Counted from the first letter of the stretch, positions 1 to 8,259 are shown. The stretch is 33,011 nucleotides of DNA from Parcubacteria bacterium C7867-008 (GCA_001189215.1 LFCR01000002.1:140677-173687), one strand, 5' to 3'. Program-made: numbers and translations. The notes: generated from the letters alone by a model not told the origin.

Positions 1-384
1 AATCACACCGATGCGATCAACGGTCTGATCCCAAGGCTTTCGTTCAAGTGCCTCTGCACTAAACTGACTGCTGTCACAAATACACACACGCATCCAAGCG
101 GTTGGAACTACCGATAGGAATTGATCATACCAACCACCACCTCGTCCAGTACGCGTTCCCGTTGCGTCAATTTTTGTACAAGGCATGAGAACACAAACAA
201 ATGCACCCTTTGATGCTCGCTTAGCTCGCTCCGCTTCTTCCCACGGATCAATGTCTAATCGGGGTGGAATGGGGTAGTGATCTTCTGGAACTTCAATAAA
301 ATGACTGTAATCAGCTTCACCCTCAAGAGCGGTATACGTCACATAGAATGGCTTACCATCAACTGTTTCTTCTTCGTAGGACAT
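1..384 (-). CDS. 5-formyltetrahydrofolate cyclo-ligase family protein, N-terminally short; C-terminus runs off the window
   Basis: Not in the supplied ORF track. The minus frame is open from the window edge to the ATG at 384-382. My translation is MSYEEETVDGKPFYV...AFVCVLMPCTKIDATGTRTGRGGGWYDQFLSVVPTAWMRVCICDSSQFSAEALERKPWDQTVDRIGVI. This matches the C-terminal core of the 5-FCL/MTHFS family (G-x-R-x-G-x-GGG-x-YD ... W-D-x-x-V-D). A stop lies 60 nt upstream of the ATG, so the usual N-terminal ~60 aa are absent. TATAAT (396-391, minus) lies 6 nt upstream of the ATG. Confidence 0.6.
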   Translation of the reverse strand, partial: MSYEEETVDGKPFYVTYTALEGEADYSHFIEVPEDHYPIPPRLDIDPWEEAERAKRASKGAFVCVLMPCTKIDATGTRTGRGGGWYDQFLSVVPTAWMRVCICDSSQFSAEALERKPWDQTVDRIGVI

Positions 385-468
385 GGCTAGATTATACCTC
401 CGCTTTCCCTCTGTTCTGTAATATGGCACTGTGGCGGGAGATCAACACAATTTTCGTGGAGAGAACCC

Positions 469-1539
469 ATGGGCGTACTGCCTATCCAGCTATTGCGTAA
501 CCTGCAGGGGGAATACATCACAGGCGTCGGTGACAAATTCCTCAACCCTGCTTCAATCGACATGCCATTGTCGTTCGAAGCGTTCCGGCTGGAGAGCGTG
601 TTCCTTCCGGAGAAAAACTTGAAGATTCGAGATATGTTCGACGTGGTCGGCGTGCGAGCACACGATCTCGCGAACCCTCTCGAAGTCGGTGTTGTGTACC
701 TTATTCGAGTCGATGGCACTTGGTCGTTGCCAAAGAGTGCATACGGCTACGCGAACCCAAAGTCATCAAGTGGCCGTGTGAACCTGTTCTGCCGCCTCCT
801 GGCCGACGGGGTCGACATGTACGATTTCATTCCGAAAGGGTGGAGTGGTGAATGTTGGATGCTGGTGCGTCCGGACAGTTTCCCCATCATCCTGCATGAG
901 GGATTGTCTGTCGCACAGCTTCGTGTCTTTGACGAGAAAGCTTTTTTGAGCGAGATGGACATGGAGGTTGCTGTCAGAAGGCACGGTCTCCTGTTCGATG
1001 CTGTGCGGAGGAAGATCCCGTTCGATGAACTTCACCTGCACGGTGACTCGCTCTACCTGACCCTCGCAGTCGGAAAGAACTTCGGCTACGAGTGTCGGGG
1101 GCTGCACAAGCCACTGGACTTCGGTGCGATTGGTACGCACAACCCCGCGGACTACTTCGTTCCAATCGAGGCACCGGACGGCTGCTACACGCTGCGGAAG
1201 GGCAACTTCTACATCCTCTCAACCTCTGAGCGGGTGATGGTTGCGCCGGGGCATTCGGCTGAACTCCGACCTATCGATCCTCGGCTTGGTGAATTCCGGT
1301 CGCATGCTGCAGGATACATCGATCCCGGTTGGGGATTTGGTCAGAATGGTGAAGTCTGCGGGCGGCCGATCACCCTTGAGGTGATCCCACACGAAGACTT
1401 CACGGTCCGTAACGGTCAACGGATTGCTCGTCTTCGCTACGAACGCATGAGCGCCGAACCGGACACGAACTACGATGCAGCACCTTCCAACTACCTGGTG
1501 CAAGAGGGACCTCGGCTCTCAAAACATTTCAGAACCTGA
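469..1539 (+). CDS. dcd: 2'-deoxycytidine 5'-triphosphate deaminase, long (~360 aa) tandem-domain DCD form
   Basis: 356-aa ORF with GGAGAG (458-463) 5 nt upstream of the ATG. It has two dCTP-deaminase/dUTPase-like halves. N half: GYANPKSSSGRVNLFCR..GWSGECWMLVRP..LSVAQLRVF. C half: FYILSTSERVMVAPGHSAELRPIDPRLGEFRSHAAGYIDPGWG..GRPITLEVIPHE..GQRIARLRYERM. The tail is GPRLSKHF. Confidence 0.75.
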   Translation: MGVLPIQLLRNLQGEYITGVGDKFLNPASIDMPLSFEAFRLESVFLPEKNLKIRDMFDVVGVRAHDLANPLEVGVVYLIRVDGTWSLPKSAYGYANPKSSSGRVNLFCRLLADGVDMYDFIPKGWSGECWMLVRPDSFPIILHEGLSVAQLRVFDEKAFLSEMDMEVAVRRHGLLFDAVRRKIPFDELHLHGDSLYLTLAVGKNFGYECRGLHKPLDFGAIGTHNPADYFVPIEAPDGCYTLRKGNFYILSTSERVMVAPGHSAELRPIDPRLGEFRSHAAGYIDPGWGFGQNGEVCGRPITLEVIPHEDFTVRNGQRIARLRYERMSAEPDTNYDAAPSNYLVQEGPRLSKHFRT

Positions 1540-1562
1540 GGAAAAATCTCGACAAGAGAAAT

Positions 1563-1597
1563 GGGCCGCGCGATGAAACGCGCGGCCCAGTTTGTTT
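1563..1597. terminator. Bidirectional intrinsic terminator between convergent dcd and thyX
   Basis: Perfect 10-bp GC stem GGGCCGCGCG (1563-1572) / CGCGCGGCCC (1579-1588) with loop ATGAAA, followed by AGTTTGTTTG. Confidence 0.7.
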
Positions 1598-1613
1598 GCC
1601 TCATTACGAAGCT

Positions 1614-3026
1614 TTACGACACATCACGCTCCACGATGTCTTGTTCGCCGCGCTTGAGGCTGAACTGGCTGGGTTCAGATTCAAGATGCAGTACAAGACC
1701 ATGCGGACCATAGTTCTTAGTGAGGACCTCAGCCATCTGGCTCGCACGATGGTGCAGTGTCGGGTGAACATCGTTACGTGCACGACGCTCAACGAGATAG
1801 GTATGTCCGCGCAGGTCGCCGGTAATTCGGATGGGCACACGGTATCCCATGGGAATGTAGTATTGGTCGATACGGTCTTCGAGTTCGAGTCGCTGTAGTG
1901 CTGCAAGTTGACGTGCAAGCAGTTCCATCGCTTCTGCGCGAAGATCGTCCGGTAGCTCGTTCAGGTACCAGGGTTCAAAGCCATACTCTTCAGAGAGCAG
2001 TGGCATAGGAACCGTAACTGAACGATGTCGTTCAAGGTCGCGGAATGAAGCGAAGTCTAAGAGGAACGAGAATTCGGCGGTGCCGCATTCTCGAACATCC
2101 CACGGCAGTTCGATACCGCGAGGGCGTGACCCAAAGACATCTGCATATTCGCGCATCCGTTCTGGACGCACGGCATCGTGCGTCAGAGCGAAGACAGGAA
2201 ACGTTGACGCGTCAGCGATGAAATACCCTGACCCTTGTTGAGCCATGTAGGCATACCACTCACGGTCCTTGTGCCGACTCTCCCAATCAGGATCATTTGC
2301 ACGATCCGTGAATGAGTGCGGGTACTCCTTTAGAAGCAGCCCCTCCATTACCTCGGCAACTTCACGCACTTCAGGAAGCGGATGGTTTCGCAACCACGGA
2401 AGCCGATCGCCAAACTGCCGAATCGTACCTGTCCACGTTAGATTCGTAGATGCGCCGGCAGGCAGGAAGCTCCGCATGGTGTCGAAGGCGCGAGCGTTGA
2501 TTGCTTTTGCATACTTCTTCAGATCACCGTCTCCGATGACGTCAAACGGATATCGTTCAGCAAGAACAATTTGCATCCTCTCGAGACCCTTGAGATAAAA
2601 GGCACGCCAGTTCTCAAGGATTTGAACAGATGCAGTTGATCCGACTGGATCAACGAATGGTTGGGAAGCAAAGTCGATATAGCGGGTTGAAGCCTCTTGT
2701 CCGTTGTAGAGCGGGAAGTGCTGAATCGCTTTCGCGGTCAACATTGAAACTCCCGAAATACTAACGAACACTTCACCCATGTCGCCGATGGACTGGTGCC
2801 CATACCCGACATAGAACTGTTCCATAAAGTTACCGGAACCGCTCTTTCCTAGTCGTGTCAGATGCTTACGGATGCCGCCGACGGAGCGGCTATCCATGGC
2901 ACCCAGCATTGCTTTGTCTTCAGAGGTGATGAGCGCGCCGGTATTCAGCACGAGCACTTCACCTCCTCCACTCAGCTGAGCACTGTGGTGTAAAAGGTCA
3001 GAAACCTCGCGCATAGAAACCTCCAT
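1614..3026 (-). CDS. thyX: Flavin-dependent thymidylate synthase ThyX-like, tandem two-domain form
   Basis: 470-aa ORF. Half 1: GHQSIGDMGEV...AKAIQHFPLYNGQEASTRY...ARAFDTMRSFLPAGASTNLTWTGTIRQF. Half 2: FSFLLDFASFRDLERHRSVTVPMPLLSEEY...GDLRGHTYLVERRA..VHPTLHHRASQM. Both halves follow the ThyX motif order (GHES..., RHR-x7-S-x-RY, R..LP...T...N.R). GGAGG (3024-3020) lies 5 nt upstream of the second ATG at 3014, which is the likelier start. Confidence 0.7.
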   Translation of the reverse strand: MEVSMREVSDLLHHSAQLSGGGEVLVLNTGALITSEDKAMLGAMDSRSVGGIRKHLTRLGKSGSGNFMEQFYVGYGHQSIGDMGEVFVSISGVSMLTAKAIQHFPLYNGQEASTRYIDFASQPFVDPVGSTASVQILENWRAFYLKGLERMQIVLAERYPFDVIGDGDLKKYAKAINARAFDTMRSFLPAGASTNLTWTGTIRQFGDRLPWLRNHPLPEVREVAEVMEGLLLKEYPHSFTDRANDPDWESRHKDREWYAYMAQQGSGYFIADASTFPVFALTHDAVRPERMREYADVFGSRPRGIELPWDVRECGTAEFSFLLDFASFRDLERHRSVTVPMPLLSEEYGFEPWYLNELPDDLRAEAMELLARQLAALQRLELEDRIDQYYIPMGYRVPIRITGDLRGHTYLVERRARNDVHPTLHHRASQMAEVLTKNYGPHGLVLHLESEPSQFSLKRGEQDIVERDVS

Positions 3027-3143
3027 AGTTGCGAGTCTAGCATGAGCATATAGGTCCTAGAGAAAAGCAGCAAACATGTTGTAATTGCAGGATTAAAGCA
3101 TCACTGATACGGTGCAGTAAGATTTGAACCAAAGGAACAGACC

Positions 3144-3791
3144 ATGATCTCGCACCCACTTTTCATTTCGTTCGATGGTGGTGAAGGAGTTGGTAAGTCC
3201 ACTCAGAGCAAACTCCTTCAAGAACGACTGCCCAATCTCTATCCAGATCTCAGATTCATGTTCACCAGGGAGCCGGGTGGTACGCCTTTTGGCGGACTGA
3301 TTCGCTCCTTGATACTGTCGGAGGATGCAGAAAAGGCAGACGCAAACACAATGTTTGGTTTGTTTGTGGCAGACCGGGCGCATCATCTGAGCACTGTAGT
3401 TCTTCCTGCACTCAATGCCGGGAAGGTGGTGATCTCAGACCGATTTGTTGCAGCAACTTTCGCGTACCAGGCGTATGCGATGGATGGGAAGATTTCTACT
3501 GAACTCTTCGACCAGTATTACAACGAACTGCTGGCGCGTCCGGACCTTACGATCCTCTTCGATCTGAGTGTGGAGGAGTCGCAGTGTCGCGTCGCGGCTC
3601 GGAGGGGTGAAATCAACCATTTCGATCTGCAAACCTCTGATTTCCACCGCAAACTTTTCGAAGGGTATCGCAAGTTCGCAACGGACTATCACACCCAGGA
3701 CAACCAAGTGGCTCTCGTTGACGCTGCTGGCGACGTCGAAACGGTGCATGAGCGCATTATGGACTTGCTCATTCCAGCGCTTTGCACATGA
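3144..3791 (+). CDS. tmk: Thymidylate kinase
   Basis: 215 aa. P-loop FISFDGGEGVGKSTQ, then FTREPGGTPFG..IR and DRF..ATFAYQ, typical of Tmk. Weak AAGGA lies 7 nt upstream. Confidence 0.9.
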   Translation: MISHPLFISFDGGEGVGKSTQSKLLQERLPNLYPDLRFMFTREPGGTPFGGLIRSLILSEDAEKADANTMFGLFVADRAHHLSTVVLPALNAGKVVISDRFVAATFAYQAYAMDGKISTELFDQYYNELLARPDLTILFDLSVEESQCRVAARRGEINHFDLQTSDFHRKLFEGYRKFATDYHTQDNQVALVDAAGDVETVHERIMDLLIPALCT

Positions 3792-3795
3792 AGCT

Positions 3796-3833
3796 GAGCC
3801 CGCGACCGGGAGGTCGCGGGCTCACTCACTTTT
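3796..3833 (+). terminator. Intrinsic terminator after tmk
   Basis: 12-bp stem GAGCCCGCGACC (3796-3807) / GGTCGCGGGCTC (3812-3823) with loop GGGA, followed by ACTCACTTTT. Confidence 0.7.
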
Positions 3834-3852
3834 AAGGTACTATGACTGCAAT

Positions 3853-5151
3853 ATGGACTACTCACACATACAAAACGAAGACCGCGATCTCTACTCCCTC
3901 ATAGAAGGGGAGGAGGCTCGTCAGCGCGAAGGACTTGAACTGATTCCTTCAGAGAACTACGTCTCAAGCGCCGTGCGCGAAGCAATGTCTTCTGCACTCA
4001 CAAACAAGTATTCAGAAGGATACCCAGGCAAGCGGTATTACGGTGGTCAGGAATACACAGACCAAATTGAAACACTCGCTATTGAACGAGCTAAAAAGAT
4101 CTTCGGTGCTGATCACGCAAACGTACAACCACTTGGTGGAGCAGCTGCAAACATTGCTGCGTACTTCGCATGGCTTGAACCAGGAGACACGATTCTCGGC
4201 ATGGACCTTGCACACGGCGGACATCTTACTCACGGTGCTCCTGTTACGTACATGGCGAAACTCTTTAAGTTCGTACGTTACGGCATGAAAGATCCAGACA
4301 CTGGCGAGATAGATTACAACCAGCTTCGTGAGATCGCTCTCAAGGAACGACCAAAGATTATCCTCGGAGGATTCTCTGGATACTCCCGCTCAATAGATTG
4401 GGCAAAGATCTCTGAGATCGCACGAGAAGTTGATGCTGTTGCTATGGCAGATGTTGCACACATTGCAGGACTTATTGCAGGGGGTGCTGCAGAGAATCCG
4501 TTTGATCATGGTTTCCAGATTGTTACGACCACCACACACAAAACACTTCGTGGTCCCCGTGGCGCCATGATCCTTTCGAAGGGAACGGTCTCTTCACCAC
4601 TACGTGCTCCTGAGAAGACGGTAGAGAATCTTCCAACACTTATCGATCGCAGCGTGTTTCCGGGCCTTCAAGGCGGACCACATATGCACCAGATCGCTGC
4701 AAAAGCAGTGGCGTTCAATGAAGCGCTCCATCCTAACTTCAAGACATATGCGCATCAGGTGGTAGCGAATGCCAAGGCAATGGCAGAAGTCTTTAAGGAA
4801 GAAGGGGTACGACTCATTGGTGGTGGTACAGACAATCACCTTATCCTTGCAGATGTGTATGGGTCTCTTGGTATCTCAGGTGGTGACGCAGAAACACTGC
4901 TTGATGCTGCAGGTATAACACTCAACAAGAACTCTATTGCAGGAGATACGCGTAAGCCATTTGATCCATCCGGCATCCGTTTCGGTACACCAGCAATAAC
5001 AACGCGTGGATTCAAAGAGGAACAAGTAACAGAGGTTGCTCGTATCATGATCGATGTTCTTAAAAACAAAGATGATGCAGCGGTGTCTAAAGCGCGAGCA
5101 TCCATAAAAGAACTTGCTGAAGCAAATCCTGTTCCTGAATCATTTATCTAG
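3853..5151 (+). CDS. glyA: Serine hydroxymethyltransferase
   Basis: The true start is at MDYSHIQNEDRDLYSLIEGEEARQREGLELIPSENYVS; the track ORF from 3568 overlaps tmk and crosses the terminator. Motifs: GYPGKRYYGG, HGGHLTHG, TTTTHKTLRGPRG (PLP lysine). TACTAT (3838-3843) lies 9 nt upstream of the ATG. Confidence 0.95.
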   Translation: MDYSHIQNEDRDLYSLIEGEEARQREGLELIPSENYVSSAVREAMSSALTNKYSEGYPGKRYYGGQEYTDQIETLAIERAKKIFGADHANVQPLGGAAANIAAYFAWLEPGDTILGMDLAHGGHLTHGAPVTYMAKLFKFVRYGMKDPDTGEIDYNQLREIALKERPKIILGGFSGYSRSIDWAKISEIAREVDAVAMADVAHIAGLIAGGAAENPFDHGFQIVTTTTHKTLRGPRGAMILSKGTVSSPLRAPEKTVENLPTLIDRSVFPGLQGGPHMHQIAAKAVAFNEALHPNFKTYAHQVVANAKAMAEVFKEEGVRLIGGGTDNHLILADVYGSLGISGGDAETLLDAAGITLNKNSIAGDTRKPFDPSGIRFGTPAITTRGFKEEQVTEVARIMIDVLKNKDDAAVSKARASIKELAEANPVPESFI

Positions 5152-5220
5152 TTTGACTATTTTCGTACATATAGTATTTTCCGCCTAGACCTGAATTCAC
5201 AGGAAACAGGAGATTAATTC

Positions 5221-5748
5221 ATGACGGCAGCCGTAAAAGCAGCTGTTGCTGACGATTCTGGTCGCAGCCAGCTGTACTGCTCGTTCTGTGGTCACTCACA
5301 GCACGAAGTTAAGAAACTCATTGCGGGGGGAGCAACTGTGTTCATCTGCGATGAGTGCGTGGGTCTATGTCTCGACATCATTGGTGAGGACTCGAGCTTT
5401 GCCGACGTCGAGCAGTTTGCCAGCTTGGGCCGGAGAAGTATTCGACGTCGTGCATGGATATCTATCCAAATGTCGGGTGGAGATTTCCTGAAGTCTGCGC
5501 TCGGTATCGACTTGCTCGAAGAGGGCAAGGATATTGGCTCGATGCAAGAAGTCGCCGCAAAGTTGTTGCACTGTCTCCGTGGACTGGTAATCGGAGCACA
5601 ATCGATCGAGGAGCTGCTTGCAGCAAAAAGGGCGATTCTGACAGACCTCGATGATGCCCACGCTATCTATGTCGGTGAAGATGAGCAAAAGCGACGCAAC
5701 CTTGCCGCTATTGAGGCTGAGATCGCAAGAAAAGGTGCCAGCACCTAA
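5221..5748 (+). CDS. Stand-alone ClpX-type C4 zinc-finger domain protein with an uncharacterised helical C-terminal region
   Basis: 175 aa. Residues ~17-55, [37 protein letters not shown], closely resemble the ClpX N-terminal zinc-binding domain (E. coli [36 protein letters not shown]). No AAA+ module follows. AGGAG (5208-5212) lies 8 nt upstream. Confidence 0.7.
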   Translation: MTAAVKAAVADDSGRSQLYCSFCGHSQHEVKKLIAGGATVFICDECVGLCLDIIGEDSSFADVEQFASLGRRSIRRRAWISIQMSGGDFLKSALGIDLLEEGKDIGSMQEVAAKLLHCLRGLVIGAQSIEELLAAKRAILTDLDDAHAIYVGEDEQKRRNLAAIEAEIARKGAST

Positions 5749-5773
5749 ACTCAGGTTGTTCTGTAAAAGATTG

Positions 5774-5803
5774 ACGCCCGCCTACTCGGTGGGCGTTTCT
5801 TTT
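5774..5803 (+). terminator. Intrinsic terminator after the ClpX-ZBD gene
   Basis: Stem ACGCCCGCC (5774-5782) / GGTGGGCGT (5788-5796) with one G-U pair and loop TACTC, followed by TTCTTTT. Confidence 0.6.
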
Positions 5804-5809
5804 GGGCCT

Positions 5810-5824
5810 ATTCTGCTATAGTCC
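5810..5824 (+). promoter_or_regulatory. Extended -10 promoter (TGcTATAGT), copy 1, 6 nt upstream of the ATG at 5829
   Basis: ATTCTGCTATAGTCC is identical over 15 nt to 6132-6146. The TATAGT hexamer is at 5817-5822. Confidence 0.5.
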
Positions 5825-5828
5825 TCAT

Positions 5829-6116
5829 ATGAAAGAGATGCACGATGAAGTGGTAGAGCAAATGCTTGAACGCATTGCTAATGCACTTGGGCAGATACAG
5901 AAATATCGTGCATCTCATCTAGACAACCCTCGTCTCGAAAACATCCTCACGCAGCTGGAACGTGTTGAGCACGTTCTCGAAGAGAAGGGCAGGCTGGAGT
6001 ATCGAGAGAAACTAGACCTAGATTTTCATCTCATTGAAGACACTCCTCTAGAAGGGAATTCTCATCTAGGTCGTGAGTTATATAGCATCAAGAATTTCAC
6101 CGAACATAACCTATAA
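5829..6116 (+). CDS. Hypothetical small helical protein (95 aa)
   Basis: MKEMHDEVVEQMLERIANALGQIQKYR...; no family recognised. The ATG at 5829 is preferred over the track's TTG at 5802 because the -10 element sits between them. Confidence 0.5.
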   Translation: MKEMHDEVVEQMLERIANALGQIQKYRASHLDNPRLENILTQLERVEHVLEEKGRLEYREKLDLDFHLIEDTPLEGNSHLGRELYSIKNFTEHNL

Positions 6117-6131
6117 GGTATTCCGGTGCTG

Positions 6132-6146
6132 ATTCTGCTATAGTCC
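6132..6146 (+). promoter_or_regulatory. Extended -10 promoter (TGcTATAGT), copy 2, 6 nt upstream of the argS ATG
   Basis: ATTCTGCTATAGTCC with TATAGT at 6139-6144 and the ATG at 6151. No SD. Confidence 0.5.
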
Positions 6147-6150
6147 CACT

Positions 6151-7827
6151 ATGGAAAACCGAATCCGCCAAGCGGTTCAGCAGTCCCTCGAAACACTCGG
6201 AGCAACCGGAGTGGCCTTTGCGGTGGAGTGGCCAGCTGATCCTGCACATGGAGACTTTGCCGTTAATGCGGGATTTGCAGCGAGCAAGATTCTTGGAAAG
6301 AATCCTCGTGAGATCGCTGAGGCAATTGCCCCTGCCCTCAAAGAAGCGCTCGGGGATGATGCAGCACACATTGAGGTTGCCGGTGCTGGTTTCATAAACA
6401 TCACGCTTTCAGCAAACGCTGTTGCAAAACTTCTAACAGAAGCAAAGGGTGATACGTGGGGTATTGGCACTGCGCACGCCGGTGAGCGGATCATGATCGA
6501 GTACTCAAACCCGAATCCATTTAAGGAGATGCACATAGGACACCTCATGAGTGCAATCATTGGCGAATCAATGTCTCGTCTGATGGAATCTTCAGGAGCT
6601 AATGTCGTACGTGATACGTACGGTGGTGACGTTGGTCCACATGTGGCGAAAGCAATCTGGGGCCTTCGAGATAACGGTGTTGCTGAAACACCAAGCGCTG
6701 AAGATATTGGAAACGCGTATGCGCACGGCGCACGCGCCTATGAAGAGAGTGAAACAATAAAGAAGGATATCGATGCATTGAACGCACAGATATACGCGAT
6801 GCTCGCAAAGGATCCTACAGAGCACTCCGAAGAGGAGCGTGTACTACATGACACGTGGATCCGCGGACGCGAAGTATCGGTTACTGCGTATCGAAAGCTC
6901 TGGGATCGCCTTGGTTCACATTTTGATTACACGATCTTCGAAAGTGATACGACACCTATCGGCATGCGTATCGTGCAGGATGAGATCAAGAATGGAGTCT
7001 TTGAAGAAAGTGAAGGAGCAGTTATTTATCGTGGTGAGAAGGTTGGTCTACATACTCTCGTATTCATTACCTCATACGGTACGCCAACATACGAAACAAA
7101 GGATATCGGTCTTGCGTTCTGGAAAGAGGAACACGCACCAACCGATAAGGTATTCATTCTCACCGCTGCTGAACAAGTAGGGCACTTCAAGATTGTTATT
7201 GCTGCACTCAATGAGTTCGCTCCACAGCTCGCAAACAAGATGCAGCATATCTCGCATGGCTTCCTCAAGCTCACGACTGGCAAGATGTCTTCTCGTGAAG
7301 GAAACGTTATCACCGCAGAAGAACTTATTCGTGATGTTATCGAACGTGCGAGTGAAAAGAACGAAGACCCACTCATAGCAGAACAAGTAGCACTTGGTGC
7401 CATTAAATACATGATCCTTCGTCAGGCACCTGGGGGAGACATCATCTTCGACATGGAGAAGTCTCTTTCTCTTGAGGGAGATTCAGGCCCTTATCTCCAG
7501 TACGCATTAGTACGTGCTACTTCAATTCTTGCTGCGTCCGAAGTGTCTCCCGCAACAACCACATCATTCGAAAACGAAGCACCACTTCTAGCGCGTATGA
7601 TCACACGCTTCCCTGAAGTCGTCGCACGAGCAGAAGAACTCCGTGGACCACATGTGCTCGTTACGTACCTCACCCAACTAGCAGGGGAGTGGAATTTTTT
7701 CTACGCGTCAGGAAAGATTATCGGAAGTGAGAACGAAGCGAGCACACTCGCACTCGTTCAAGCATTTGTTACGACCATGCGTAACGGTCTAACTATTCTC
7801 GCAATCCCCGTGCCAGAGAAAATGTAG
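6151..7827 (+). CDS. argS: Arginyl-tRNA synthetase
   Basis: 558 aa. ArgRS N-terminal add-on domain (ADPAHGDFAVNAGF..SKILGKNPREIAE), class I signature NPNPFKEMHIGHLMSAIIG, and the typical C-terminal ...PEKM ending in Met. Confidence 0.95.
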   Translation: MENRIRQAVQQSLETLGATGVAFAVEWPADPAHGDFAVNAGFAASKILGKNPREIAEAIAPALKEALGDDAAHIEVAGAGFINITLSANAVAKLLTEAKGDTWGIGTAHAGERIMIEYSNPNPFKEMHIGHLMSAIIGESMSRLMESSGANVVRDTYGGDVGPHVAKAIWGLRDNGVAETPSAEDIGNAYAHGARAYEESETIKKDIDALNAQIYAMLAKDPTEHSEEERVLHDTWIRGREVSVTAYRKLWDRLGSHFDYTIFESDTTPIGMRIVQDEIKNGVFEESEGAVIYRGEKVGLHTLVFITSYGTPTYETKDIGLAFWKEEHAPTDKVFILTAAEQVGHFKIVIAALNEFAPQLANKMQHISHGFLKLTTGKMSSREGNVITAEELIRDVIERASEKNEDPLIAEQVALGAIKYMILRQAPGGDIIFDMEKSLSLEGDSGPYLQYALVRATSILAASEVSPATTTSFENEAPLLARMITRFPEVVARAEELRGPHVLVTYLTQLAGEWNFFYASGKIIGSENEASTLALVQAFVTTMRNGLTILAIPVPEKM

Positions 7828-7904
7828 GTTGCGAAAGAGTACTAAAAGCGATAGGGTAGGCAACAGACTGTTCATCCAGGGCAGTTTAATAGGGAGGCGA
7901 AACG

Positions 7905-8195
7905 TTGTCGGATTTGGCGCAAGACGACTCGGATATCAACGCGAACCACGGCATCTATCGGCGGTTTCGGAAAGGGATCATGCGTGATCACTCCGACATC
8001 CTGATCGATGCTGGCGCGCAGGCCACGCCGCCGGTTTCAAGGGACCAGGCGGTCCTGGACAGTATCGACTTCGAAGACGGTCTGAAGACGCAGCGCGTCT
8101 TCAGACCACCGCACTACGTGATGCCCTATGTCTTGGCGGAGATCGCCAGGCTGAAGGGCGCCGGTGCGGGCACCCGTGAACTGCAGGCGGCCTAA
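7905..8195 (+). CDS. Hypothetical 96-aa protein in a high-GC islet (TTG start)
   Basis: GGGAGG (7892-7897) lies 7 nt upstream of the TTG. No family recognised. The C-terminal ...VLAEIARLKGAGAGTRELQAA* resembles the first helix of an HTH that stops abruptly. It contains a perfect 13-bp inverted repeat. Confidence 0.4.
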   Translation: MSDLAQDDSDINANHGIYRRFRKGIMRDHSDILIDAGAQATPPVSRDQAVLDSIDFEDGLKTQRVFRPPHYVMPYVLAEIARLKGAGAGTRELQAA

Positions 8196-8222
8196 CGAGG
8201 TTCGCCAACAACTGAAACAGAA

Positions 8223-8259
8223 GGCCCGGTCGCGCAAGCGTCCGGGCTGTTTCCTTTTT
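8223..8259 (+). terminator. Intrinsic terminator after the 7905 ORF
   Basis: GCCCGG (8224-8229) / CCGGGC (8242-8247) enclose CGC-GCAA-GCG, followed by TGTTTCCTTTTTA. Confidence 0.6.

Noticed and set aside
3568-3852. N-terminal extensions of the track ORFs: glyA from 3568, the wHTH gene from 31221, the small ORF from 5802 and rpsR from 20093.
   Set aside because: The extensions overlap the upstream gene and/or cross an intrinsic terminator or -10 element. The conserved protein sequence begins at the downstream ATG.
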